A stretch of 41,675 nucleotides of DNA from an uncultured Candidatus Bathyarchaeia archaeon (GCA_964627655.1 CAZVJZ010000001.1:1-41675), one strand, 5' to 3'. Shown: positions 16,959-25,281, numbered from the stretch's first letter. Notes: generated from the sequence alone by a model not told the origin. Numbers and translations are program-made.

Positions 16959-18443
16959 TTGCCTAAGAGCGTGAGGGTCAGAGGCATATATTCTACAGCC
17001 CTCCTTTTCCTTCTCCGGTCTTTCGGGTTTCAGATAACAGACCCCTCGGCCGTACAGGTAGAAAGATTCAACCTAGAAAAGGTGAAGGATCCTCCCGACG
17101 TCCAGATATACGATAGGAGAGACCTTCAGGGTGTGATAGCAGATGGCGACGTAGACTCCTTGAGGACGTTGAAGGAAGCCCTAAGCTCTGAGCTAAAGGA
17201 TGCAGTCTTTAACTTCTTTCCTTACTCGATTGAAGGAATCTATAGGGGGGTTATCTCAAGATCGTCGGATGGAGGCAACTCACTCCTAGTGGATCTAGGA
17301 GGAGTCTATGGAAGGCTGAAGACGGCTGAGTTAAAAGAGAGGCGTATAGGATCAGATGTGACCGTTCAAGTCCTCAGGAACTCATACCTCACGGATTCTC
17401 CACTTCTAACGACTAAGCTTAAGGTTCCGGGCGACCATGCACTCTTAATCAGAGGCGGAGAGGTCAAGGTGAGCGGTAAGATCAGCGATCCCACCGAGCG
17501 GAAGAGACTGCTAGAGCTGGGGAAAGAACTCGTGAGAGAAGGTTGGGGTATAACTTGGAGGTCTTCAGCAGAAGGAGAATCTCAAGAAAACCTAATAGAC
17601 GAAGTCGAAGACCTCTTCAAGGAAGCAAAACGTTTACTGCAGGACTGTGAAGCACCAAGAATGCTTAGGGAGGGGTTTCACCGCATATCGGTCGAGTTTC
17701 CGAGGCTCTCGAAGAACATACTGGACGAGTTGAGAAGCAAGGTCACTCAAACCATAAAGGGACATCACTACTATAAAGCGTGCGGAGGATACGTCTCGGC
17801 GGCCGTAGACATGGCCGAAAACCTCCTAGCAAAGGGAATGGCTAGAGAAAACGTTGAAAGCACATTCAAAAGTGTTGTGTCACACGTATTCCCGCATACA
17901 GGCTCGAAGGTTAAGATCGAACATGTAAAGACCGATGGAAAAACTTTAAACTTAGGGGTGGCTGAGGTCGAAGTTCTAGAGGAGAGGTTTAGGCTATTTA
18001 GGCTAAAGAGATCTATTCAAGGAAGAGGAGTTTATGACGGGCTAGGCGTGACCAAAGAGGAAGGAGACTACGCGATTACTGAGACAGGTTTCGGAAGCTG
18101 GATACTTAAGACCAGCTACTTCTCGAGGGAAGGAATGTTTAAAGGCGCATACATAAACATAAACACCCCAGTCGAAGTATATCCGCGTTCCATAAGGTAT
18201 GTCGACTTAGAGGTAGACGTATGTCTAGAAGCCGACGGTGAGGTTAAAGTCGTCGACGAAGAGTTGCTCGAGAAGAAGTTTGAGAGCGGCTTAATAACAG
18301 GATTCTTGATGGAAAAGGCTAAGGAAATATTGAAATCCATACTCGACGATTTAAGGGAATCTTTAAAGGAGAAAAGCCCTCAGGAGACCTTTTTCCTCCT
18401 TCCGATAGAAAGGTTTATCGGAGAAGAATCTAACATTCTGTAA
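16959..18443 (+). CDS. fau-1: FAU-1 / RNA-binding protein AU-1 (RNase E/G-like, C-terminal DUF402)
   Basis: The N-terminal SVRVRGIYSTALLFLLRSFGFQITDPS matches the remembered FAU-1 start (VR.RGIYaTAlt.ll...gf.iv.pS). The length is about 490 aa. The C-terminal YININTP...YVDLEVDV is DUF402-like. The SD-like GGGGTGA lies inside the end of rtcA. GTG 16971 is an alternative start. Confidence 0.7.
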   Translation: MPKSVRVRGIYSTALLFLLRSFGFQITDPSAVQVERFNLEKVKDPPDVQIYDRRDLQGVIADGDVDSLRTLKEALSSELKDAVFNFFPYSIEGIYRGVISRSSDGGNSLLVDLGGVYGRLKTAELKERRIGSDVTVQVLRNSYLTDSPLLTTKLKVPGDHALLIRGGEVKVSGKISDPTERKRLLELGKELVREGWGITWRSSAEGESQENLIDEVEDLFKEAKRLLQDCEAPRMLREGFHRISVEFPRLSKNILDELRSKVTQTIKGHHYYKACGGYVSAAVDMAENLLAKGMARENVESTFKSVVSHVFPHTGSKVKIEHVKTDGKTLNLGVAEVEVLEERFRLFRLKRSIQGRGVYDGLGVTKEEGDYAITETGFGSWILKTSYFSREGMFKGAYININTPVEVYPRSIRYVDLEVDVCLEADGEVKVVDEELLEKKFESGLITGFLMEKAKEILKSILDDLRESLKEKSPQETFFLLPIERFIGEESNIL

Positions 18444-18498
18444 GGAGCAAAGAATATAAACTCTCTCAGAACACTTCAATTATTGAGGGAGAGCTAAG

Positions 18499-19452
18499 AT
18501 GGGCATATGGACTCTACGCCTCTCTATCCTAGGGACCCTAGCAGCGATAATCGGCATAACGACCCTAGTGTTCACAGCGGTCTTAAGCCTAATAGGGGCG
18601 TTTAGCATATTCACCCTCATACTCCTCGTCATACCTTTCAACATAATTCAGTGGCTGATTGCTCCATACATGATAGACGCACTTTATAGAGTGAAGGAAG
18701 TTTCACCTACCGAGGAGCCTGAACTCCACAGAATAGTGGAGAGACTCAGCGCTAAGAGCGGGATAAAGAAGCCGAGGGTTATGATGGCGCATATACCTAT
18801 ACCAAACGCCTTCGCTTATGGTTCTCCGATAGCCGGAACGAGGGTTGCTGTAACTACAGAGCTTCTCAAGACACTCGATATGGGGGAGGTGGAGGCTGTT
18901 CTAGGACATGAGATAGGCCACCTAAAACACAGAGACGTCCAGGTCATGATGTTCGTTTCGATCCTGCCTGCGATCTTCTATTATCTCGGCTGGTCTCTTC
19001 TATGGACGCGTATGTACAGTCGTGAGGAGAGGGGTGGAGGAGCGGTCGTCCTAGGCTTAGCCAGCATAATAGTGTACTGGGTCTTAACCCTACTGTCGCT
19101 TCACCTAAGCCGGCTTAGAGAATACTACGCCGATAGACACAGCGCCTCTATAGTCGACGACGGAGCAAGAAAACTCTCAGAAGCTTTAGCAAAGATCTCC
19201 ATGTATACGAGTAGGGTTAGGAAGGATGTGGTAAGTAACTTTAGCTCCTTTAAAGCTCTGTTCATCTCGGATCCTGAAAGAGCGAGAAGCGACGCTCTCC
19301 TATTCGCCAGAGAGAGGATATACTCGTCAGACTACAGGCTTGTGGAACGGATACTTCGGAGAAAGATCACGATGTGGGACAGGATAGCAGAACTCTTCTC
19401 GACGCACCCAAACATAGTGAAGAGGATAAAAGCGTTACAAGAGATGGTTTAG
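18499..19452 (+). CDS. htpX: Protease HtpX homolog (M48 zinc metalloprotease, membrane)
   Basis: HEIGHLKHRD (HExxH), N-terminal transmembrane helices, the downstream EYYADRHSA glutamate ligand region, and a C-terminal HPNIVKRI. Confidence 0.85.
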   Translation: MGIWTLRLSILGTLAAIIGITTLVFTAVLSLIGAFSIFTLILLVIPFNIIQWLIAPYMIDALYRVKEVSPTEEPELHRIVERLSAKSGIKKPRVMMAHIPIPNAFAYGSPIAGTRVAVTTELLKTLDMGEVEAVLGHEIGHLKHRDVQVMMFVSILPAIFYYLGWSLLWTRMYSREERGGGAVVLGLASIIVYWVLTLLSLHLSRLREYYADRHSASIVDDGARKLSEALAKISMYTSRVRKDVVSNFSSFKALFISDPERARSDALLFARERIYSSDYRLVERILRRKITMWDRIAELFSTHPNIVKRIKALQEMV

Positions 19453-19494
19453 GATTTCCTGAAATAAAAAAGGGAAAGAATGGAAGATATTTAA

Positions 19495-19851
19495 CTATTT
19501 TTCTGGTATAACGGCCACCATCTCTATCTCGACTTTAGTGTCTCCTGCGAGACCGACCTCGATACAGGTTCGCGCTGGCGGATTCTTCGGGAACATCTCC
19601 TTCCAGATCTTATTGAGGTACTTCTCCCTATCCGATAGGTCTTTCAGGTAAACAGTGGCCTTAACGACGTTCTCTAGGGAAGTCCCAGCCTTCTCTAGTA
19701 CCTCCTCCAAACGCTTAAAAGTATTTCTTATCTGCGTTTCCGTATCTCCAGACCCACCGGTCATCCCTGCCGTGAACACCAAGTTTCCCACGACTACAGC
19801 CCCTGAGATAAGGTCTCCTGGAGCTATAACTTTCCTCGACATTCTGCTCAC
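19495..19851 (-). CDS. RidA/YjgF/L-PSP family enamine/imine deaminase
   Basis: 118 aa. GDTETQIRNTFKRLEEVLEKAG, VKATVYLKD, and PARTCIEVG...VEIEMVAV are the typical family blocks. Confidence 0.85.
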   Translation of the reverse strand: MSRMSRKVIAPGDLISGAVVVGNLVFTAGMTGGSGDTETQIRNTFKRLEEVLEKAGTSLENVVKATVYLKDLSDREKYLNKIWKEMFPKNPPARTCIEVGLAGDTKVEIEMVAVIPEK

Positions 19852-19889
19852 CGTTTAAGGATTACAGCGGGAGGTAACAGATTAACCTT

Positions 19890-20516
19890 TTGTTTAGGAA
19901 GCTGTTAATCATAGGCTGTATAGAATGGTTGGCTAGGTTGGACGACTTGAAGGTCGAATTGAGGTTCTCGCCTTGGCGGGAGATATTCTATGCACTCCTT
20001 GAGGTAGCTAAGAGGATCCGCCGCTCCTTCACTCCCGACATGATCGTGGGGGTTCTCAGAGGGGGAGCAGTGCCCGCTATAGTCTTATCAGACTTACTAG
20101 ACGTAAGCGAGGTGGACATGATAGGCGTCGGCTACTACACCGATATAGCGCAGAGAATGAAGAGACCTAGGTTAACCCGGGGGATATCGGCTAGTATTAG
20201 GGGTAAGGCCGTCTTAATCGTGGACGACATAACAGACACAGGTGGAACAATAAGGTTTGTCGCCGAGAGGTTAGAGACCGAGAAACCGTCAGAACTTAAA
20301 GTTGCGACTATATACTGTAAACCTTGGGCTCACCCAAGACCCGACTTCTACTACGAGGAGAGAAGCGAGTGGATAATCTTCCCGTGGGAAGTAAAACAGA
20401 CGGTTAAAAGCATCTACAGGTTTAAGGGTAAAGATTTAGATAAGGTTAAGTCCGTCTTGACGGATGCAGGAATAGAGGAAGACTTGATACAGGAGGTTTG
20501 GGGGCTCATAGAATGA
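19890..20516 (+). CDS. Purine (hypoxanthine/xanthine-guanine type) phosphoribosyltransferase
   Basis: PRPP-binding loop VLIVDDITDTGGT, IVGVLRGGAVPA, and a C-terminal WIIFPWE. The start is uncertain: the tracked TTG leaves only a 38-nt spacer to the divergent ridA-like gene, and several in-frame TTG codons follow. Confidence 0.8.
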   Translation: MFRKLLIIGCIEWLARLDDLKVELRFSPWREIFYALLEVAKRIRRSFTPDMIVGVLRGGAVPAIVLSDLLDVSEVDMIGVGYYTDIAQRMKRPRLTRGISASIRGKAVLIVDDITDTGGTIRFVAERLETEKPSELKVATIYCKPWAHPRPDFYYEERSEWIIFPWEVKQTVKSIYRFKGKDLDKVKSVLTDAGIEEDLIQEVWGLIE

Positions 20517-21073
20517 AAGGCGTGATCAAGGAGTATGGAAAACACTACTTGATTACAGGACTCCGCGATTCGAAGGTCGCGAACCTAGATCTGTTAATGA
20601 AAACGCTCAAGGAGAAGAGGGAATGTGTTGTACAAGTCTTTAACGCAGACCTCATTGCCGGTTGGGAACACCTCTTCTTCGCCGCGTTTAACGCCCTCAA
20701 AGCCTTCGAATCGAAGAGAAACATATCTAAAACTCTGTCTATGGAGATCCTTCTCTACGCGTCTATGCAGAGGCAGATCAGTAACGCCTTAAAGCTGATA
20801 GGGGTCAGGCCAGACTTAAGTAGGGTGGCTGTCATAATACTCTCCGACTTGGAAAGCAGACTGCGAGAATGCTTAGAGAAGATCGAAGGCTTTTTCGGCG
20901 GCGTGACAGACGAGACGGTGCTTTCGGTAAATCCGAGAAAACTCGACGTAATAAAGGCCACTTTCGGGATCACCGAGGAGGAGTTGAAGGCGGTCAGCCA
21001 AGCTAGGATGCCTGAAGAGGCGGTCAAATATATAGTGATAGAACGTATGGCCCTACTTCACCTACAGAAGTGA
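20513..21073 (+). CDS. cgi121: KEOPS complex subunit Cgi121
   Basis: VQVFNADLIAGWEHLFFAAFNALKAF...ISKTLSMEILLYASMQRQISNALKLIG matches the remembered M. jannaschii Cgi121 pattern (ILNADVV..KKHVLHA...A......AKSFWMEILVRASGQRQIHEAIKIIG). I place the start at ATG 20513, which forms an ATGA overlap with the upstream stop, rather than at the tracked TTG 20498. Confidence 0.7.
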   Translation: MKGVIKEYGKHYLITGLRDSKVANLDLLMKTLKEKRECVVQVFNADLIAGWEHLFFAAFNALKAFESKRNISKTLSMEILLYASMQRQISNALKLIGVRPDLSRVAVIILSDLESRLRECLEKIEGFFGGVTDETVLSVNPRKLDVIKATFGITEEELKAVSQARMPEEAVKYIVIERMALLHLQK

Positions 21074-21078
21074 GAATC

Positions 21079-21705
21079 CTATAGGGTGGACAACAGCTTC
21101 AAAATGTCCCTAGTTTTAACGGGGCCTTCCCTGAGGACCTTAGGTTCACCGGAGGTTAGGTCTAGAACGGTGGACGAAACACCTATCCGACTTACACCTC
21201 CATCCAAATACAAGTCTACCTCGCTACCTAACTGTTTAAAGGCTGCCTGAACGCTTCTGGAAGGCTCAGCTCCGGTCTTATTAGCGCTAGTGCCGACCAA
21301 AATACCGCCGCAGAGGCGAATAAGCTTTAAAGCTGCAGCGTGGTCTGGAACTCTGACGCCAACCGTGTTTAGGCCACATGTAACCTCTAGAGGGAGTACC
21401 CCCCTACCCTTTAACACTAGGGTTAAGGGTCCAGGCCAAAATCGACCGGCAAGAAGCTCAGCCTCCCTAGAGAAGTCGGCTATTCGGGTCGCCGCATCCA
21501 GGTCGGAGGCTAGTATAGGCAGGGGTTTCCGGCGTTCACCTTTAACCCTGATTAGACGCCGTACGGCCTCGGCGTTGTGTGGGTCACATCCAAGCCCATA
21601 GACGGTGTCTGTCGGGTAGACCACTATTCCACCAGACTTAACTAGCTCAGCAGCCTTTAAGATGGACTCTTCACTTATCTTGAGTACAACACCTTTACCT
21701 ATCAA
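21079..21705 (-). CDS. sua5: L-threonylcarbamoyladenylate synthase, YrdC-domain only (Sua5/TsaC family)
   Basis: VVYPTDTVYGLGCDPHN..AVRRLIRVKGERRKPLPIL, GPLTLVL, VGVRVPDH, and GTSANKTG are the YrdC signature blocks. At 208 aa it has no Sua5 C-terminal domain. Confidence 0.9.
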   Translation of the reverse strand: MIGKGVVLKISEESILKAAELVKSGGIVVYPTDTVYGLGCDPHNAEAVRRLIRVKGERRKPLPILASDLDAATRIADFSREAELLAGRFWPGPLTLVLKGRGVLPLEVTCGLNTVGVRVPDHAAALKLIRLCGGILVGTSANKTGAEPSRSVQAAFKQLGSEVDLYLDGGVSRIGVSSTVLDLTSGEPKVLREGPVKTRDILKLLSTL

Positions 21706-22015
21706 ACCGTAACCTCTGGTGGGCGGGTTAATCTATGAAGTGGTCAGTCAGCGTTACACAGTCATAGCTAATGCTCCATGCCGTCGCCTGACATCATCCC
21801 AAGAGATAATTCTGAAGCCGGTGATATTAACTTTTTCACCAGAAGAAACTTTTAATAGGGGATTCTTAAGCCTAGAAGATTCTGGGGGGTCTAGGTGAGG
21901 AGCGGTATAGAAGAAGAGGACTGGGAAGAGGAGGAGTGGTGACTTGACAGCCCCTCTAATTTTTTATGGTCGTTTAAGCAGTTAAAATGTCGAGTTCCGG
22001 CGGTTTGAGTTAACT

Positions 22016-23812
22016 ATGGCTAGAATAGCTGTCTTGAATGAGGATAAATGTAAACCTAAGAAATGTGGGCTCGTCTGTATGCGTTTCTGCCCGATGGTGA
22101 AGAGTAGGGTTGAGGCTATACGTTTAGAGGACGATAAACCAATTATTGTGGAGTCCCTATGCGTCGGATGCGGTATATGCGTGCGTAAATGCCCCTTTAA
22201 GGCACTCTCCATAGTTAACGTGCCAGACGAGCTGGAGTCAGATTGCAGCCATAGATATGGCGTAAACGCTTTCAAGCTATATAGGCTACCGACGCCTATG
22301 CCAGGAGAAGTCCTCGGCTTACTCGGTAAAAACGGTATCGGAAAGAGCACCGTACTAAACATCTTTTCTGGCAAGATAAAGCCGAACTTAGGTTCCTGTC
22401 TAGAGCCGCCCGACTGGCCTGAGATCATACAGCATTTCCGAGGATCTACACTACAAGAGTATTTTAAGAGGCTAAGCGAGGGTAGGATTAAGGTAGCCTA
22501 CAAACCGCAGTACGTCGACAAGATACCTAAGGTCGTGAAAGGCGACGTAAGAAGCCTCTTAGAGAGGGTCGATGAAAGAGGAGTTCTCGATGAGGCGGTA
22601 GAGAGACTGAACTTGAAAAGCATCTTAGACCGGGAGATATCGGTGCTAAGCGGAGGAGAACTACAGAGGGTAGCTATAGCAGCGGTTATGTGCAGGGAAG
22701 CCGACGTCTACCTCTTCGACGAGCCTTCGAGCTACTTAGACGTGAAACAGAGGTTGATCGCCGCCAAGGCTATAAGAACGCTTATAGAGGAGGACGCTAT
22801 AGTCTTAGTCGCCGAACATGACTTAGCAACACTCGACTACTTATCAGATAAGATATGCATACTATACGGGGAACCAGGAGTCTATGGCGTGGTCTCTAAC
22901 GTCCATGGCGTCAGGGTAGGAATAAACCATTATATGGAAGGATATATACCAGACGAGAACGTTCGTTTCAGAAGCTTCCCGATTCATTTCAAGGTTAAAA
23001 CTCCAGCCTCGAGCTGGATAGCCACAGAGACCCTGTTTGAATGGGGAGAGATGGAGAAGAGGTATGGGAAGTTCACGCTTAAAGTTCACGAGGGAAACGT
23101 TGGGAAAGGCGAGGTTATAGGGATCTTAGGCGCTAACGGCATAGGGAAAACTACCTTCATAAAGCTCTTAGCAGGCGTCGAGAAGCCGGATGCTGGAAGA
23201 GAGCCTGAAATCGAACTGTCGGTGAGCTATAAACCACAGTATATCTCCTCTGAATATGGAGGGAAGGTTGAGGATCTCCTGAAGTCGGTCGCTAAAGAGG
23301 AATTCTCCTCAAGCTGGTATACAACAGAAATACTCACACCGCTAAGTATCGGTAGTCTCCTAGAAAAACAGGTTTCAGACCTAAGCGGAGGAGAACTACA
23401 GAGGGTAGCTATAGCAGCATGCCTCTCAAAGAAGGTCGACGTCTACCTACTGGATGAACCCAGCGCATACTTGGATGTCGAGGAGAGGCTGAACATGGCA
23501 AGGACTATAAGACGGGTCGTGGAAAGCAGGGAGTCTTCAGCATTCGTCGTCGAACACGACGTCTTCGCATTGGACTTCATAGCGGACCGACTGATGGTGT
23601 TCACAGGTGAGCCCGGCGTGAGGGGTGTCGGGTATTCGCCGACAAGCCTACGCGACGGAATGAACATGTTCCTCAAGGAGATAGGGGTAACTTTCAGGAG
23701 AGACCCCACCACCTATAGGCCTAGGGTAAATAAGGAGGGGTCTAAACTCGACAGGTTACAAAAGGAGATGAACGAGTACTTTTACATGACGGTCGTCGAG
23801 GAGAAAAAGTAA
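22016..23812 (+). CDS. abce1: ABCE1 / RNase L inhibitor-type ribosome recycling ATPase
   Basis: N-terminal FeS domain CKPKKCGLVCMRFCP plus CVGCGICVRKCP. Two ABC cassettes are present: GKNGIGKST / LSGGELQR / YLFDEPSSYLD and GANGIGKTT / LSGGELQR / YLLDEPSAYLD. Confidence 0.95.
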   Translation: MARIAVLNEDKCKPKKCGLVCMRFCPMVKSRVEAIRLEDDKPIIVESLCVGCGICVRKCPFKALSIVNVPDELESDCSHRYGVNAFKLYRLPTPMPGEVLGLLGKNGIGKSTVLNIFSGKIKPNLGSCLEPPDWPEIIQHFRGSTLQEYFKRLSEGRIKVAYKPQYVDKIPKVVKGDVRSLLERVDERGVLDEAVERLNLKSILDREISVLSGGELQRVAIAAVMCREADVYLFDEPSSYLDVKQRLIAAKAIRTLIEEDAIVLVAEHDLATLDYLSDKICILYGEPGVYGVVSNVHGVRVGINHYMEGYIPDENVRFRSFPIHFKVKTPASSWIATETLFEWGEMEKRYGKFTLKVHEGNVGKGEVIGILGANGIGKTTFIKLLAGVEKPDAGREPEIELSVSYKPQYISSEYGGKVEDLLKSVAKEEFSSSWYTTEILTPLSIGSLLEKQVSDLSGGELQRVAIAACLSKKVDVYLLDEPSAYLDVEERLNMARTIRRVVESRESSAFVVEHDVFALDFIADRLMVFTGEPGVRGVGYSPTSLRDGMNMFLKEIGVTFRRDPTTYRPRVNKEGSKLDRLQKEMNEYFYMTVVEEKK

Positions 23813-23890
23813 CCCGTCGTATTCGAAAGCGTCTACTCCACCACGTGAAGACGGCTACTCTATGAAAGAGGCTTTAACGAAGCCTCATCT

Positions 23891-23915
23891 AAAAAACGAT
23901 CGTATAAACAAAAAC
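23891..23915 (-). terminator. Oligo-T tracts (minus strand) directly downstream of the FAH remnant stop codon; candidate archaeal terminator
   Basis: The minus strand reads GTTTTTGTTT (23906-23915) and TTTTTT (23891-23896) within 30 nt of the stop at 23918-23920. A perfect 7-bp hairpin, gaggctt-taacg-aagcctc, lies at 23868-23886 just beyond. Confidence 0.3.
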
Positions 23916-23917
23916 GC

Positions 23918-24275
23918 TTATAGCTGCTTTACAGGGTTTCTTAATGTCCCGATCTTCTCTATGTCGATCTCCACTATGTCACTATCCCTAAGGGCGAAGT
24001 CGTCTGGAGGAACTATACCTGTTCCTGTTAGGCAGACAGTCCCAGCGGGAACAGGGTTAAACCTACATAGGTAAGACCTCAATTCTTCGATTTATCTTGA
24101 ACGAACTCGGCTAGTTCTACACCGTCATCGTTGTCCGTCTTTACTAAGTCTGTGAAGAACTGAAAGGGGTACCGTCATCCCTGTTGATCACCGCTACTTT
24201 CTCACCTTTTAACATTCCCAGATACGTGGAGGTTCTATCTCTATATCTCACGAATTTCATGTCGAGACCATTCAT
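23918..24275 (-). pseudogene. Collapsed FAH-family (KdaD-like, 2-keto-3-deoxy-arabinonate dehydratase-like) gene: N- and C-terminal pieces only, frame-shifted
   Basis: Minus-strand reading: ATG 24273-24275 gives MNGLDMKFVRYRDRTSTYLGMLKGEKVAVINRDDGTPFSSSQT*. A second frame gives LVKTDNDDGVELAEFVQDKSKN*. A third frame (24091 down to stop 23918-23920) gives IEELRSYLCRFNPVPAGTVCLTGTGIVPPDDFALRDSDIVEIDIEKIGTLRNPVKQL*. The last piece aligns residue for residue with the remembered Sulfolobus KdaD C-terminus (KIEEQIQYLIRDNPIPDGTILTTGTAIVPGRDKGLKDEDIVEITISNIGTLITPVKK). About 120 codons remain of an expected roughly 290. Confidence 0.6.
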
Positions 24276-24304
24276 TGGCCACACTTATTTATAATTTTTC
24301 GTTA

Positions 24305-24330
24305 ATTATCTGAACTTTTGTTTAGATAAT
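24305..24330. repeat. Imperfect 11-bp-arm inverted repeat in an AT-rich spacer
   Basis: attatctGaac tttt gttTagataat has one mismatch, which would be a G-U pair in RNA. It lies between the FAH remnant start (24275) and the presenilin-like gene start (24466). Confidence 0.4.
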
Positions 24331-24465
24331 CATCATCTTCATTGAAATGTATCTAATCAAGGATATTCTTTAAAACACTTTGCGAAGCCATATAAGTCTA
24401 CGCATAAAGATAATATCGACTGTAAGGCACATAATTTTAAATCAAGGTCGATCGAGGTGGAACGA

Positions 24466-25281
24466 ATGATATACGACGTAACCCTTCCCATCTACCTGTT
24501 TTCTGTCTCACTGTTAGCCACCATACTCTCTCTCAGATATAGCTACAAGTTCGAGGCATTCTTCGGTAAAAGGGAATTCAAACGTTCAGAAACCGTGATC
24601 CTCGTGCTTGCCATGGGCGTAGCCGTTGCTTTAATAGTCTTCATACCCAGCTTAGCGATCCTCGTGCTTGTTCTTTCCGCCAATTCTCTCCTACAGTTTC
24701 TTTTAATTTATACGGTCACAGAAAACAAGCTTTTAGCGGCTTTACTCCCACCGATCTTCCTATCTTCCTACTTCTTCTTCTGGAACGATATATCCCTAAA
24801 TCTTTTTGCACTTCTCGCAGTCCTGTCTCTCTCCCTATTATCTGGAACACTGTTCACATGGAATACTACCGTCCTGTTCGCCGCACTATTAACCTCGATG
24901 GACGTCTTCCACGTTTTCGTAACTAAGTTCATGGTGGTCTCTGGGGAGAGGTTGATAGCCATGCGTCTACCGGTAGTCGTAGTGATGCCTACGTTTCCGC
25001 TGGAAGGCAGAATAGTGCTAGGTTTGGGAGACGTCTTCCTCCTCTGCCTGTTGACCATACAGACCGCTAAAAGGAGTGGACTCAAAGCAGGGGTAATCTC
25101 GGCGGCCACCATTTCGCTAGTCTTCCTTATAGCAGAGTCTATGCTACTTACCTTCAGGGTCGGATTCTTCCCGGCTACGACCATTATCTCGGTAGGATGG
25201 GTGTTATCCATTATCTTGAACTATGTAGTAGGAAATAAAAAAGAAGGAAGAGGCGGACAGCTCTCGTATCAGAGGCGATGA
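24466..25281 (+). CDS. Presenilin / signal-peptide-peptidase family (A22, archaeal PSH-like) intramembrane aspartyl protease homolog
   Basis: Polytopic membrane protein. LTSMDVFHVFVTKFM aligns with the PSH YD block (vYDaisVyrTKhM). GLGDVFLL is the GxGD block. FFPATT sits at the PAL position. I moved the start to ATG 24466, which is preceded by the SD GAGGTGG; the tracked GTG 24457 lies inside that SD. Confidence 0.6.
   Translation: MIYDVTLPIYLFSVSLLATILSLRYSYKFEAFFGKREFKRSETVILVLAMGVAVALIVFIPSLAILVLVLSANSLLQFLLIYTVTENKLLAALLPPIFLSSYFFFWNDISLNLFALLAVLSLSLLSGTLFTWNTTVLFAALLTSMDVFHVFVTKFMVVSGERLIAMRLPVVVVMPTFPLEGRIVLGLGDVFLLCLLTIQTAKRSGLKAGVISAATISLVFLIAESMLLTFRVGFFPATTIISVGWVLSIILNYVVGNKKEGRGGQLSYQRR

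Noticed and set aside
21895-21942. Tiny acidic ORF (VRSGIEEEDWEEEEW*) preceded by a G-rich run in the sua5-abce1 spacer
   Set aside because: It is only 15 codons with a GTG start and a purine-rich repeat (gaagaagagga / ggaagaggaggag) that yields Glu runs by chance. Nothing supports its translation.
21982-22428. 148-aa minus-strand ORF overlapping the 5' end of abce1
   Set aside because: It is antisense to the FeS-domain coding region of a highly conserved gene. It has no motifs, so I treat it as a shadow ORF.
23862-24074. Tracked 70-aa plus-strand ORF downstream of abce1
   Set aside because: The opposite strand encodes an unmistakable FAH/KdaD-like C-terminus. The plus-strand ORF is its antisense shadow.
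24598-24671. 14-nt direct repeat gatcctcgtgcttg occurring twice, 60 nt apart, inside the presenilin-like gene
   Set aside because: Both copies encode the hydrophobic string ILVL in frame within transmembrane helices. This is a short coding-sequence coincidence or micro-duplication, not a repeat element.
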